A stretch of 64,000 nucleotides of DNA from a virus. Taxonomy: Duplodnaviria > Caudoviricetes. The position numbers were made by a program, and so were the translations under genes. Below, piece after piece: positions 27,457 through 37,275 of this stretch (its first letter is position 1; each line of letters begins with the position of its first letter). The notes under the pieces were generated by a model. That model was not told where the DNA came from. It ran no database searches and saw only the letters and a list, made by a program, of their open reading frames with translations. The stretch covers positions 21,071-85,070 of IMG/VR virus record IMGVR_UViG_3300044693_000247; one strand, written 5' to 3'.

Positions 27457-27809
27457 TGCAACTCGACGTCGACCACTTCGTGGTGACCGACGAGGAGCGC
27501 GAGGCGTCCGCCTGCCCGCTCTGCGGTGGTCCGTTGGTCGAGAGGCACGCCCCGGGGACTCCGATCGACGGGAGGAACGTGGTCGGGGTGGTGTGCCGGG
27601 ACTGCTCGGCGATCCCGTGCGGGTGCTGCGGGGTGGTCTCCGACGATGTGAACCGGATCGGGCTCTGCGGTGGGTGCCGGGAGACGTGCGCGATCTGCGG
27701 ACCGTCCGGCGAGGACGTGAACGAGAACGGGCTGTGCGCTGACTGCCAGGCCGAGGTGGACAGGCCGGATGCGGACGATAGGGCGGCGGCGGAAGGGACG
27801 GTGGCGTAG
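27456..27809 (+). CDS. Cys-rich Zn-finger protein
   Basis: Repeated C..CG...V...GLC..C units. Confidence 0.65.
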   Translation: MQLDVDHFVVTDEEREASACPLCGGPLVERHAPGTPIDGRNVVGVVCRDCSAIPCGCCGVVSDDVNRIGLCGGCRETCAICGPSGEDVNENGLCADCQAEVDRPDADDRAAAEGTVA

Positions 27810-27811
27810 CC

Positions 27812-28255
27812 ATGGCCGAGATGACGAAGTCCCAGCGTGCCCGGTGGCGGAACCGCATGCGGAAGGCCGGTGACGCGCTGGACACCCTCCGCCACTACCT
27901 CGAGGCGGCGCTTGAAGTCTGCCCGGTCCGCGAGCCCGGCGCGCACGAGAGCAAGCAGGAGGAGTGCGAGGCGCTGGCCGCCGATGCGGTTCGCGACGCG
28001 CTCGGAGCGGCCGAGGGCGTCAAGGGTCTCCTCGGCGAAGCCTGGACGCAATACCGCTGGGAGGAGCACCGAGCGCAACGGGACGCGGGCGTGATCCTGG
28101 CGCGGGCGTTCGCGATCGCCTGCACGGGGTGCGGAGCCGCCAAGCGGACGCCCTGCAGCGTCCATCCCGTCGCGTGCGCCGAGCGGGTGCTAGCCGGGAA
28201 GGCGGCGTGGGATGCCGAGGTCGCTGCGGCGACGGAAGGGAGAGAGGGAACGTGA
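27812..28255 (+). CDS. Hypothetical protein (paralogue of 38840..39313)
   Basis: ESKQEECEALAA...AFAIAC..C...C..HPV.C. Confidence 0.7.
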   Translation: MAEMTKSQRARWRNRMRKAGDALDTLRHYLEAALEVCPVREPGAHESKQEECEALAADAVRDALGAAEGVKGLLGEAWTQYRWEEHRAQRDAGVILARAFAIACTGCGAAKRTPCSVHPVACAERVLAGKAAWDAEVAAATEGREGT

Positions 28256-28629
28256 GCACCGACGAGAACAAATGGCCCTTGAACAACGCCTACGGCAATG
28301 AGCTAGGCATCACGATCGGCGTCCTTCTCGCGTCGGCTGGCGATCGGGTCCTGTGTTTTTGGCTTCCAGGCGAGGGCGTAAGTGTCACGGGGAAGGTGCG
28401 CCGCGTCGCATCTGACAACGTGATCGTCGAAAGCCCGGAGGGTCGACTTGGCGTAATTCCGATCGCGAAGATCGAATACATCACTGAGAGAAGCGACACC
28501 GACCATTGCGTCCAGGTCAGGCGCATCGTGGACGCGGGCGTGTTCTGCGGGCAGACGTGCCTCGCGGCGTACCTGGCGGGTGACCTCGCGGCGCCGATCG
28601 TCGAGGACAAGGCGGAGGCGTCGTCGTGA
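28252..28629 (+). CDS. Hypothetical protein (Sm-like beta pattern)
   Basis: VTGKV..VASDNVIV....GVIPIAKIEYI. Confidence 0.55.
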   Translation: MSTDENKWPLNNAYGNELGITIGVLLASAGDRVLCFWLPGEGVSVTGKVRRVASDNVIVESPEGRLGVIPIAKIEYITERSDTDHCVQVRRIVDAGVFCGQTCLAAYLAGDLAAPIVEDKAEASS

Positions 28630-29120
28630 GTCCGACCCCCGAACAGCTCATGGTCTGGACGTACCAGGACCACCGAGCCGGAGAGCATGAGGACCCCGTG
28701 CGCAATCCGGAGTGCCCGTGGTGCGCGGCGAAGGTGCGACATGAAGATCCGCCGCCACCGCCGGTCAGCGTTGTGAACGCCCGCCTCCGCGAGCTGGCGA
28801 AGCACGTCCGCACGTACCACGGTCGGCCGGGGTCGGTGTTCGGCGAGCCCCGCGTGCTCCGCGAGATCTGCCGCCTGCTCGGAATCCCGGCGGGCGATTG
28901 CCGACACGGACGCGTGTTCCTGTTCGACACGAACCTCCAGCGGCTCGGGCTGCCGACGTCGACCGAGGTGATCGTTTCGCGCGCCCTCTCCCCCGCCGAG
29001 CACTTCCGCCGCCGAGTGCCGCCGTACCCGCCGATCCTCGAGCCGCCGGCGCTGGGCGTGGTTCCGGTGGGGGCGGACGAGACGTGGGCGCACCTGGCGC
29101 CGGGGGAAGTGCTGCCGTGA
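28626..29120 (+). CDS. Hypothetical protein
   Basis: Coupled ORF. Confidence 0.5.
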   Translation: MSPTPEQLMVWTYQDHRAGEHEDPVRNPECPWCAAKVRHEDPPPPPVSVVNARLRELAKHVRTYHGRPGSVFGEPRVLREICRLLGIPAGDCRHGRVFLFDTNLQRLGLPTSTEVIVSRALSPAEHFRRRVPPYPPILEPPALGVVPVGADETWAHLAPGEVLP

Positions 29121-29341
29121 GCACCGCTGTGAAAGAGAACCGCAACGGACTCAAGCTTCTGTGCGATTACGCGCACTGCTCGCCCCGGGCCGAGTTCCGT
29201 CCGCGGCTGCGAATCACGGACGCCGAGTACCTCAGGAGGCGCGCGAGGGCGCAGGGGTGGCTGGCGACGATGTCCAGGGTGACGCCCGGCCTGATTCTGG
29301 ACATGTGCCCCGAGCACGCGGAGGTGGGCCGTGGCCGGTGA
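29117..29341 (+). CDS. Small Zn-finger protein
   Basis: CD..HC...GW...DMCPEH. Confidence 0.55.
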   Translation: MSTAVKENRNGLKLLCDYAHCSPRAEFRPRLRITDAEYLRRRARAQGWLATMSRVTPGLILDMCPEHAEVGRGR

Positions 29342-29612
29342 GGGCGAACGATGGGAGGACCGGGCGCGCAAGCAAGCTCCGGCGGCGTTCAATCGCTGGT
29401 CGTCGATCAACTACGTGGCGCAACTCTATCGGGCGCTGGCCGCCGCCCAGGCAAAGGTAGTCCGCATGTCCATGAGGAATGCAGATCTGCCGCGCGGGGC
29501 GAGCAGCGCCACGGTGTCGATTTCGGGCGCACGTTGGACGCGAGCGTTAGAGGCGCGGGACCGGATCGAAAAGACGATCGCCGAGACTCGAGCGCGGGAG
29601 CGGCTGCCGTGA
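29331..29612 (+). CDS. Hypothetical protein
   Basis: Coupled ORF. Confidence 0.45.
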   Translation: MAGEGERWEDRARKQAPAAFNRWSSINYVAQLYRALAAAQAKVVRMSMRNADLPRGASSATVSISGARWTRALEARDRIEKTIAETRARERLP

Positions 29613-29703
29613 TCCACCTGCTCCTCCGGCTCTGCTGGGGATGCACGCGAGGGCTCGACGAGTCGTGCGAGGAGCGAACGGAGCCCGCGATCAGGAGGTC
29701 ACC

Positions 29704-30006
29704 ATGATCCCGCTCGGCAAACGCGGAACGAAGATCCACGTCCAGCGCAAGGCCGCCAGCCCGTGCCCGAACTGCGGTGCCGACCGCGTGCTCTACGACG
29801 GTGGACCTGACGGCGCGCTGGAGGTCTGCGAGCGGTGCGGTGCGAAGTCGGACGCCGTGCCGGCGGAGCGCGCTCGCGAGGTCACGATCGAGATCGAGGC
29901 CGAGCCGCCTGGGCTGGCGTGGGACGAGCACGAGGCGACCACCGACGTGAACAGCCCGCGCGTGGGGCTGCTGCTCAAGTCGCGTGACCCCGAGGGATGG
30001 ACATGA
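29704..30006 (+). CDS. Zn-ribbon protein
   Basis: RBS AGGAGG; CPNCG...CERCG. Confidence 0.6.
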   Translation: MIPLGKRGTKIHVQRKAASPCPNCGADRVLYDGGPDGALEVCERCGAKSDAVPAERAREVTIEIEAEPPGLAWDEHEATTDVNSPRVGLLLKSRDPEGWT

Positions 30007-30191
30007 GGCGCGCTGTCGAAATCTCCGGCGTTCGCATGGGCAAGGACCCGCGTCCGATCGCGCTCCCGCAGTGCGATTGCGGCACGTTCTACCCGCCGAG
30101 CGAGGACCGCTGCAGGTGCTGGCCGTGCACCCAGCGATGGGAGGCGAGGATGCGCCGGATCGCGGGCGAGCGAAAGGGGGCGGATTCGTGA
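30003..30191 (+). CDS. Small Zn-finger protein
   Basis: CDCG...CWPC; ATGA overlap. Confidence 0.5.
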   Translation: MRRAVEISGVRMGKDPRPIALPQCDCGTFYPPSEDRCRCWPCTQRWEARMRRIAGERKGADS

Positions 30192-30409
30192 CCGCCGCCG
30201 TCGACATGGTAGCGACCGCCCCGCCGCGCGGGCCGTCGAAGTTCGACAAGTCGGCACCGCGCTGGGCCGAGATCTATCGCCACTTGTCGGCCGCGCGCCA
30301 GCGCCAGGTGGAGTTCTCGGCGCGGCTCGCTGGGGTCACCGTCCGCGACTACATCGAGGGCCGGGTGGCGCACGTCCGGAGCCTCCTCGCCCGGGGCGTG
30401 ATCCGATGA
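30188..30409 (+). CDS. Hypothetical protein
   Basis: GTGA overlap. Confidence 0.45.
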   Translation: MTAAVDMVATAPPRGPSKFDKSAPRWAEIYRHLSAARQRQVEFSARLAGVTVRDYIEGRVAHVRSLLARGVIR

Positions 30410-30828
30410 TGCCGATCTCGCGTCGCTTCCTCCGCATGGTCGCCGGCGATCTCCGGCGTGCTCTCCAAGCTCTATCGGCAGGCGATGCCTGCGCCGCCCT
30501 GACAGCCTGGGGAGACGCCAGGGTGGTAGCGAGCCTGGCATTCGCGCACTACGGCCAGTCGGCGTCTCTGACCAGGCTGCAACGCATTGCCGAGAACCTG
30601 CGCCGCTCGATCTGCGCGGAGGTGCAGGCGGTCCCGAAGGCGAGGCCACTCCCGATCGCAACCGCCGAGGACATCGCGATCGTGGTCCGCCAGATCATCG
30701 AGACGCTGAACACCCGCGAGGGGTACCTCATCCCGGAGCGCCTCCTCGATGAGCGGGCCCGGAACGGAGCGCAGGCGATGCTGGGGGCGTTCGAGGTGCG
30801 GATACTGCCGCCGGTGGCGGGAGGGTGA
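30406..30828 (+). CDS. Hypothetical protein
   Basis: Coupled ORF. Confidence 0.55.
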   Translation: MMPISRRFLRMVAGDLRRALQALSAGDACAALTAWGDARVVASLAFAHYGQSASLTRLQRIAENLRRSICAEVQAVPKARPLPIATAEDIAIVVRQIIETLNTREGYLIPERLLDERARNGAQAMLGAFEVRILPPVAGG

Positions 30829-31316
30829 TGATGGGCTGGATCAACGAAGACCACCCGGGACACGAGGGCTACCTGGTCGCGCTGGTAGAGGTCGAGCCGC
30901 CGGTCATCGCATGCTCGCGTGGTTCGAGGACGGCGGAGCGCCACCAGGCCGTGCACCAGTGCCCGCTGCGCAAGAGGATCGGCGGACCATGCGTGCCGGC
31001 GAAGCGCGGTTCCGGAAGCGAGAACCGCGAAGCGTGGTACCGATGGCTCTCTCGCCACCCGCAGTGGCGCGAGCTGCGCTACGCCGACGAGCCGCCGCGT
31101 GAGGAACGGAAGATCTTCCGCGTCCAGGTCGCGTGTGACTGCGGATGGCGCTCCCAGGTGTTGCGGGCGCCGTTCGGAACCACCTGGTCGCCGTCGGTGG
31201 TTTGGCTTCCCGAGGCGTCCGTGCACGCCGAAGCGTGGGAGGAGGCTGCGCGGAAGCTGTGGGGCGAGCACGCGAGGGCGGGCCTGCCGGAGCCGCTGGC
31301 GGCGATTGGAGGCTGA
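30825..31316 (+). CDS. Hypothetical protein
   Basis: HEGY...ACDCGWRS motif. Confidence 0.6.
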   Translation: MMMGWINEDHPGHEGYLVALVEVEPPVIACSRGSRTAERHQAVHQCPLRKRIGGPCVPAKRGSGSENREAWYRWLSRHPQWRELRYADEPPREERKIFRVQVACDCGWRSQVLRAPFGTTWSPSVVWLPEASVHAEAWEEAARKLWGEHARAGLPEPLAAIGG

Positions 31317-31319
31317 CCG

Positions 31320-32273
31320 ATGTCGAACGAGATCGAGTTGAAGGACTACGGAGATCGCGATTCCTGGCTTGCCGCGCGCGCGCAGGGGATCGGCGCCAGC
31401 GAGGCGGCGGCGCTGTTCTTCGATGCCGACGGGCGGTGCATGTCGCCGTTCCAGTCGGCATACGCGCTGTGGCTGGAGAAGACCGGCCAACTCCCTTCGC
31501 TCGAGATCGACGGCGAGTGGTTGGAATGGGGCCAACTGCTCGAGGAGCCGATCGCGCGACGCTACGAGCGCGTGACCGGGCGCCGCATCTGGCAGGGCGG
31601 ACCGTTCTGCGTCGCCGTACACCCGGAGATCCCGTTCATGCGTGCGACGCCGGACCGCTGGGTGATCGAGGCCCCCGATCGCGGTGGCGCCGGCCTGCTC
31701 CAGGTGAAGAACACCCATGCCTTCGCCCGCCACGACTGGGACCAGGGGCCGCCGGCGTTCATTCAGATCCAGGTCCAGCACGAAATGGCGGTGACCGGAC
31801 GCGACTGGGACTCGGTCGCGGTGCTCATTGGCGGCAACGAGTACCGGCACTTCGACGTCGACCGGAACGACGACTTCGCCTGCGAGCTGGTGGAGCAGGT
31901 GCGCTGGTTCTGGGGCCTGGTCGAGAGCGGAACACCGCCGCCGATTGACGGCAGCGAGCACACCCTGGCCGCCATCAAACGCCTGCATGCCGCGGATAAC
32001 GGCGACGAGGTTCGCCTGCCCGATGAGGCGATCGCGTGGTGGGAGGAGATCGAACGCGCCAGGGCCGAAGAGAAGGCTGCCAAGGAAGCGAAGATTGCCG
32101 CCGAGAACAAGCTGCGCGCCGCGATCGGATCCGCCACCTTCGGCGCGCTTCCGGACGGGCGACGCCTGAGTCTCAAGACGCAAGAGGGAGGCGGCTACGC
32201 CTCGAAGGTGGAGCGGTACACGTACAGAACCCTGCGCCTCGAGAAGGCGCCGACGAAAGCGAGGAAGCGATGA
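31320..32273 (+). CDS. YqaJ-like viral recombinase exonuclease (lambda Exo family)
   Basis: WLAARAQGIGASEAAA, WGQLLEEPIA..Y, PFMRATPDR, LLQVKNT, IQVQHEMAVTG. Confidence 0.92.
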   Translation: MSNEIELKDYGDRDSWLAARAQGIGASEAAALFFDADGRCMSPFQSAYALWLEKTGQLPSLEIDGEWLEWGQLLEEPIARRYERVTGRRIWQGGPFCVAVHPEIPFMRATPDRWVIEAPDRGGAGLLQVKNTHAFARHDWDQGPPAFIQIQVQHEMAVTGRDWDSVAVLIGGNEYRHFDVDRNDDFACELVEQVRWFWGLVESGTPPPIDGSEHTLAAIKRLHAADNGDEVRLPDEAIAWWEEIERARAEEKAAKEAKIAAENKLRAAIGSATFGALPDGRRLSLKTQEGGGYASKVERYTYRTLRLEKAPTKARKR

Positions 32274-33463
32274 CCACGGGAAACGGGAACGGCAAGCAGC
32301 AGGAGCCGAAGACGTTGATGGTGCCGCAGGCGGGTGAGGTTGCGCGGCAGGAGTTCGGCGCCCAGCAGCTCGCCGTCACGGGAGAGTTGGCGTCGGCCGC
32401 GATGGCCACGCAGGCGCGAGCCGCAATCGAAGCCCGCTATGTGATGGCCCTGCAGCGACCCCGCGATCTCATGGTAGCGAGGAGCAAGCTTCTCAAGGAC
32501 TGCAGCCGGCCGGCGTTCGCGGACGCCGCGATCTATCGCAAGCCGGTTGGTGACGGCATCGAGGGTCCGAGCATTCGCTTGGCCGAGGCCGCCGCGCGCG
32601 CGATGACCAACATCGACACGTCGACCACCGTGCTTTACGACGACGCGAAGAAGCGGATCTTTCGCGTGTCGGCGACTGACCTCGAGAGCAACTTGACGTT
32701 TACCAAGGACGTCACCTTCTCGAAGACCATGGAACGATCGAGTCTTCGTCAGGGCCAGGTGCCGATCAGCAGCCGCATGAACTCTCGCGGTAAGGTGACC
32801 TACCTCGTAGCAGCCGAGACCGACGACGACATCCTGAATACCGAGAACGCGCTGGCGTCGAAGGCGTTGCGCGTGTGCCTCCTGCGCCTCATTCCCGGCG
32901 ACATCCTCGACGAGGCGATGCGCGAGGCTTACGCCACCCTGGAGAAGAACATCAAAGAGGACCCCGACGCCGCCATCAAGAAGATGTGCGATCGGTTCGA
33001 ACTGGAGCTCGGAATCACGGCGGCCCAGATCAAGGACTACCTCGGGCACCCGATCGGCGAAACGACCGTCGCGGAAATCGCGGTCATGCGCAAGGTGTTC
33101 AACGCGCTTTCCGACGGAGAAACGAATTGGTCCGAAGTCATGCAGAACAAGGGTTCAGCGCCGCAGACCAAGCCTAAGGACGACGCGGAGAAGAAGGCCG
33201 AGGACCAGCAACCGGCGTCGAACGGTGCGCAGTCGACCGCGACCCAGGATGCACCGGGACAGCAGCAGCCTGCGGCGTCGACCAGCGGATCCAGGGCCGG
33301 CGGGCGCGGACAGCAGAACCTCTCCGATGTCGCCCGCTCCACGCGAGCGCGCCGCGAGTCAGCCGCGCAGCCCCCGGCGGCTCCGCCGGAAGACCGCGGC
33401 GACGATCCGATGGACAGCAACCCGAACTGGGACCCGGGCCGCGACACCAAGGTGGACGAGTAG
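32270..33463 (+). CDS. Putative single-strand annealing protein, partner of YqaJ
   Basis: ALQRPRD...C.RP.FAD.A.Y.KP.G..IEGPSIRLAE family; disordered C-terminal tail; coupled to exonuclease. Confidence 0.7.
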   Translation: MTTGNGNGKQQEPKTLMVPQAGEVARQEFGAQQLAVTGELASAAMATQARAAIEARYVMALQRPRDLMVARSKLLKDCSRPAFADAAIYRKPVGDGIEGPSIRLAEAAARAMTNIDTSTTVLYDDAKKRIFRVSATDLESNLTFTKDVTFSKTMERSSLRQGQVPISSRMNSRGKVTYLVAAETDDDILNTENALASKALRVCLLRLIPGDILDEAMREAYATLEKNIKEDPDAAIKKMCDRFELELGITAAQIKDYLGHPIGETTVAEIAVMRKVFNALSDGETNWSEVMQNKGSAPQTKPKDDAEKKAEDQQPASNGAQSTATQDAPGQQQPAASTSGSRAGGRGQQNLSDVARSTRARRESAAQPPAAPPEDRGDDPMDSNPNWDPGRDTKVDE

Positions 33464-33765
33464 CAGCGGACCACCCGTGCTCTACGTCGTCCTCCAACTC
33501 CTCCGCGCCGACGCCGACCGGGTGACCGTCACGGCTGCGTTCGGTGCGTTCGAGACGCCGGAGGAAGCCGAGCGCCGATTCCAATCAGAGCGCCTCATCG
33601 CTCCCGCTGGAGCCCATCACACGATTGTGGAGGTCGAACCGCCTCCGACCGAATGACCCGATTCCCCCGTCCGCGGGCGCTCCGCCCGCTCCTCCCCCCA
33701 AACCCACCCGGGGTGGGGCGCCCGCGGCGAGGGGATCAAACGCAGCGACAGACGAAAGGACACCG

Positions 33766-33969
33766 ATGCCCGCGACCAAGAAAAAGTGCCGACGCAACCA
33801 CCCGCTCACGAAGGCCAACGTCTACGTCCAGATCAACGCCTACCGTCGGCGCAACGGCGAGATCGTCGAGCGCAAGGCGAAGGTCTGCCGCAAGTGCCGC
33901 GCCCTGATCGCCGCCCGCAGGGCGAAGGGGCTGCCCGTCAAGGACATGCGGCGCGAGAGGAGGAAGTAG
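33766..33969 (+). CDS. Small basic protein with C.RNHPLT..N.Y...CRKC motif
   Basis: Motif seen as accessory domain of phage HNH proteins; RBS AAGGA. Confidence 0.65.
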   Translation: MPATKKKCRRNHPLTKANVYVQINAYRRRNGEIVERKAKVCRKCRALIAARRAKGLPVKDMRRERRK

Positions 33970-33971
33970 TC

Positions 33972-34766
33972 GTGGCCGATCTCGCTAGCCTCGTCAAGAA
34001 GGGATCGCCAGCCGCGTGGCCGCACGAGCTGACGATCGTCACCGACCCCCGCGATCCGCTCTGCGACGTGGAGCGGCTCGAGCTGCCCGTCACCGACGAA
34101 CGGATCATCAACTTCGCCGTCCGCGGCCAGATCCAGCCGATCGTGGTCAGGCTCCGCGACGACAAGCTCGTCATCGTCGCCGGGCGTCAGCGGTGGAAGC
34201 GCGCCACCGTGATCAACCACCTGGCCGGCGTGCACATCTACAAGGGGCCGATCAAGGCCGTGCACGAGGCGATCGCGCGACTCAAGGACACCGACGTCGA
34301 GAAGCGGATCGTCGAGAAGTGCCCGAAGGGCGTGAAGCTCAAGATCACGGTCCACCGCGGCTCCGAGGCAGAGGCGGCGCACGCCTCGCTGTCCGAGAAC
34401 GAGCAGCGCGACGAGGACCCGATGATCGCGAAGATCCAGCGCGCGCAGCGGCTCTCGCGCAACGGATTCACGGACGAGGACCTGGCCGACGATTTCGGCG
34501 TGGGCGTGCCCACCGTCAGGCGGTGGCTGGCGCGGGACCTCGACAAGCCGCAGGCGCCGAAGAAGAAGCGCGGCAAGGCGACCAGGCCGGGGCTGCAGCG
34601 GCTCAAGAAGCTGGTGGCGGCCGAGCACTTCGGCGGCCTGCCGGACGAGACCCAGCGCGTGCTGCGGTGGGTGGCGGGCGAGATCGACGACGATGCGCTG
34701 CTCAAGGGCTGGCCGGCGATGGCGCGGGTGCTGGGGGCAACCACGAAGGAAAGGACCGCAGCATGA
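33972..34766 (+). CDS. ParB/Srx N-terminal domain protein
   Basis: GQIQPIVVR....VIVAGRQRWKR, ASLSENEQR.D, C-terminal HTH. Confidence 0.8.
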   Translation: MADLASLVKKGSPAAWPHELTIVTDPRDPLCDVERLELPVTDERIINFAVRGQIQPIVVRLRDDKLVIVAGRQRWKRATVINHLAGVHIYKGPIKAVHEAIARLKDTDVEKRIVEKCPKGVKLKITVHRGSEAEAAHASLSENEQRDEDPMIAKIQRAQRLSRNGFTDEDLADDFGVGVPTVRRWLARDLDKPQAPKKKRGKATRPGLQRLKKLVAAEHFGGLPDETQRVLRWVAGEIDDDALLKGWPAMARVLGATTKERTAA

Positions 34767-35371
34767 ACGTCGACCTCATCAAGATCGATCCCGACGCCGC
34801 CAAGGCCAAGCTCCGCGCCTACCGCAAGGCGATAGCGGAGCGGCACCACTCCGAGACCGCGCGCGCAGCAACTGCCGAGTACGAGCAGATCGAGCAGGCG
34901 TACCGGGCGGCTGCCAGGGGGCTGGCGCTCATCGAGCTGAGCAAGGCCATGGCGACAGGCGGATGGGACGAGCAGGGGAGGCCCAGGTTCGCGGTGTGGC
35001 GGGCGGACCAGAAACAGGTCTGCTGCCGGTTCGAATCCAGCCACGGCGTGCACTTCTACGGCGCTGGAACACGGTCGTACTATTCGCGCCGAACGCACTT
35101 TCGGTTTCGATCGATGCCGCCGCGTCCAGAGAAGTCGTCCTGGAATGGGTGGCGCGAGTTGACCGCGATCGTTCCAATGGTTCCGCCTGACGTTCTCCCG
35201 CGCCCGGATATCGACCTCTCCCGCCGCGTGATCCTGTGGGAGGCCGACTGGCAGGATGCGCCCGTCGACCCGCTATTGCTGCTGCCGCTCGGCGGTAATC
35301 TCTACGCGGTCGAGGCTGCATGGGACCTGTCACCGCTGGAGCGTGCGGTGATATCGGGTCGGCGGCCATGA
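34763..35371 (+). CDS. Hypothetical phage protein
   Basis: GGWDEQGRPRFAV...AIVPMVPP...ILWEADW...DPLLL...LYAV.AAWDLSPLERAV. Confidence 0.7.
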   Translation: MNVDLIKIDPDAAKAKLRAYRKAIAERHHSETARAATAEYEQIEQAYRAAARGLALIELSKAMATGGWDEQGRPRFAVWRADQKQVCCRFESSHGVHFYGAGTRSYYSRRTHFRFRSMPPRPEKSSWNGWRELTAIVPMVPPDVLPRPDIDLSRRVILWEADWQDAPVDPLLLLPLGGNLYAVEAAWDLSPLERAVISGRRP

Positions 35372-35622
35372 AGATCACCATCACCATCACCAAGATGCCC
35401 GGCGATTACTTCGCCGAGGCGTTCATCCCTGGCACGTCGTCCCTGTGCTGCCCGTCCGCCACCGAGGAGGGAGCCGCAGCCCTGGCCGTGGAGCGGGCGC
35501 TCGAGGAGGTGCAGCGCCAGGTCAGGATCGGCAAGCTGCGGGTGGCTGCCGGCGAGACGCTGCTGATCGAGATCGAGCGGCGGACGACGGTGGACGAGTC
35601 GAGGCCGAAGGCCGCCCGATGA
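35368..35622 (+). CDS. Small HicB-like fold protein
   Basis: YFAEAFIPG.....SATEEGAAALA. Confidence 0.4.
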   Translation: MKITITITKMPGDYFAEAFIPGTSSLCCPSATEEGAAALAVERALEEVQRQVRIGKLRVAAGETLLIEIERRTTVDESRPKAAR

Positions 35623-36146
35623 ACGCCCGCGCCGTCCTCCTCCTGGCCGCGCTCTCCGGCTGCACACCCGCCGTTGCGTCTTCCGCCCCGCCGCTCGACG
35701 AGGTGTGCTTCTCGCCCGGGGGCCACTGCGCGGAGCGGGCCATCGCGCTCATCGACCACGCGCGGGCGATTCGCGCGATCGAATACGAGCTGACCGCGCC
35801 GGCCTTCCTCGCCGCCTTCGTCCGTGCCCACGCCCGCGGAGCCGACGTTGCGCTCGTTCTCGACGGCCACCAACAACGCGCGTGCCGGGAGTTGGTGGCG
35901 GCCGGGGTGACGGTACTGTTGGACCACCAGCACGCGATCGCGCATGAGAAAGTGATCGTCCTCGACGGGAAGACCGTGATCAGCGGGAGCTACAACCTGT
36001 CGAGCGCTGCCGAGCGCAAGAACGCGGAGGACATGTTGATTCGCACGAACCGGAAGATCGCAGCCGCGATGCTGGCCAACTACGAGGAGCACCGTGGGCA
36101 CTCGGTCGGGTGCGACGTGGGAACGACGACAGGAGATGGACGATGA
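35619..36146 (+). CDS. Phospholipase D family (Nuc-like) nuclease with lipoprotein signal
   Basis: VCFSPGG; single HEKVIVLDG...SGSYNLS.AAERKNAE HKD motif; lipobox LSGC. Confidence 0.9.
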   Translation: MNARAVLLLAALSGCTPAVASSAPPLDEVCFSPGGHCAERAIALIDHARAIRAIEYELTAPAFLAAFVRAHARGADVALVLDGHQQRACRELVAAGVTVLLDHQHAIAHEKVIVLDGKTVISGSYNLSSAAERKNAEDMLIRTNRKIAAAMLANYEEHRGHSVGCDVGTTTGDGR

Positions 36147-37048
36147 GCGAGACGAAGGTTCGAGTGGGGCAGCGGTGGAAGCAAAATGGCTCCCCGGAAG
36201 CCTCATGTTTCATAGACTGCGCGTTCACAATAACCGGGGTCTCAGACGGACGGGCGTCATACGTTTATGACGACGGGTTCGTTCCAGCCCCGCGACTGGT
36301 CGAGCAAATCATCAGTCGGTGCCGTCTCCTCTCCGACGCCCCCGATCAGAAGACGGAGCGGGACTGGTCGCGCTGGTTGCCGCCGGCCGACACCGAGGAT
36401 TGCGGTATCCCGATGGCCGTCGGGCAGGTTAGAGCCTGGCGAGCCCATGGACGCGCGATCGTGTTCCGAGTGACGGTAGCCAACCCACTGGGCGGCGGGT
36501 CCGAAGTGCTCGCTGGGAGCGACCCCATCGACAAACCAGGATGCTCGCGCGGATGGACGGGCGGCGCTGGCGTCCTCGTCTGCAATCCCGGCGAGGAGCC
36601 CCGCTCGCCTGAGGAGCTGTATGGGGTGGCGAAGTCTTCCAGGGTCGCGTCCGCTGGCGAACAGTCGGCGGCCGACGCCGTTGCAGCCCGCGCCGGCCGG
36701 GTGGAGAAAGCCGGCATTACTTCGTCGCCCCCGGCTGAGACCAAGCCCGCGCTGAAGAAGCACGACTTCAGCAACCCGTATGTCGTGCACGCATGGGTTA
36801 GCGTGTACGACCAAAGCAAGCACGTCGATCGCCTCTGCGTGGACTGCGGCAGCAGTGGGCCGCCGTCGTCGCCGTGCACGCCTCGCCCCGGATGGCGCGA
36901 GCGCTACGAGGCATCGCTGATTCCGGTGCCCCCGCCCGCCCCCACCCGCGTCCCCCGTCACCTCGACTACTCCACCGCCAGCCTCGAGGCCATCATGCGA
37001 GAGCTGTACGAGAGGTCGGGGTTTTGTCCGCCGAGGGGGAGGCGATGA
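36143..37048 (+). CDS. Hypothetical multi-domain protein
   Basis: Two VGQ.W/R repeats; RBS AGGAG. Confidence 0.6.
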   Translation: MSETKVRVGQRWKQNGSPEASCFIDCAFTITGVSDGRASYVYDDGFVPAPRLVEQIISRCRLLSDAPDQKTERDWSRWLPPADTEDCGIPMAVGQVRAWRAHGRAIVFRVTVANPLGGGSEVLAGSDPIDKPGCSRGWTGGAGVLVCNPGEEPRSPEELYGVAKSSRVASAGEQSAADAVAARAGRVEKAGITSSPPAETKPALKKHDFSNPYVVHAWVSVYDQSKHVDRLCVDCGSSGPPSSPCTPRPGWRERYEASLIPVPPPAPTRVPRHLDYSTASLEAIMRELYERSGFCPPRGRR

Positions 37049-37275
37049 GCATCGATTGGATGCGTGCGCGGGACTTCATCGACGAGGGCGATATGATGCC
37101 GCCCCCCGAACTGGTGAAGTCGTCACTCAAACTCTGCCGATGCTGCCCGGAGTGCGCGCCGGATACGCCGCCGTGTCACGGGGCGCTGGTTAGCGGGCTC
37201 TGCGACCAGCAGCGATGTACCTGCAACGACGACGCGCCGGACGACATGGATGACGACGAGGATTACGAGCCATGA
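37045..37275 (+). CDS. Cys-rich hypothetical protein
   Basis: Coupled ORF. Confidence 0.55.
   Translation: MSIDWMRARDFIDEGDMMPPPELVKSSLKLCRCCPECAPDTPPCHGALVSGLCDQQRCTCNDDAPDDMDDDEDYEP

Noticed and set aside
35368-36146. HicAB toxin-antitoxin pair
   Set aside because: HicB similarity is weak and no HicA-like dsRBD gene is adjacent
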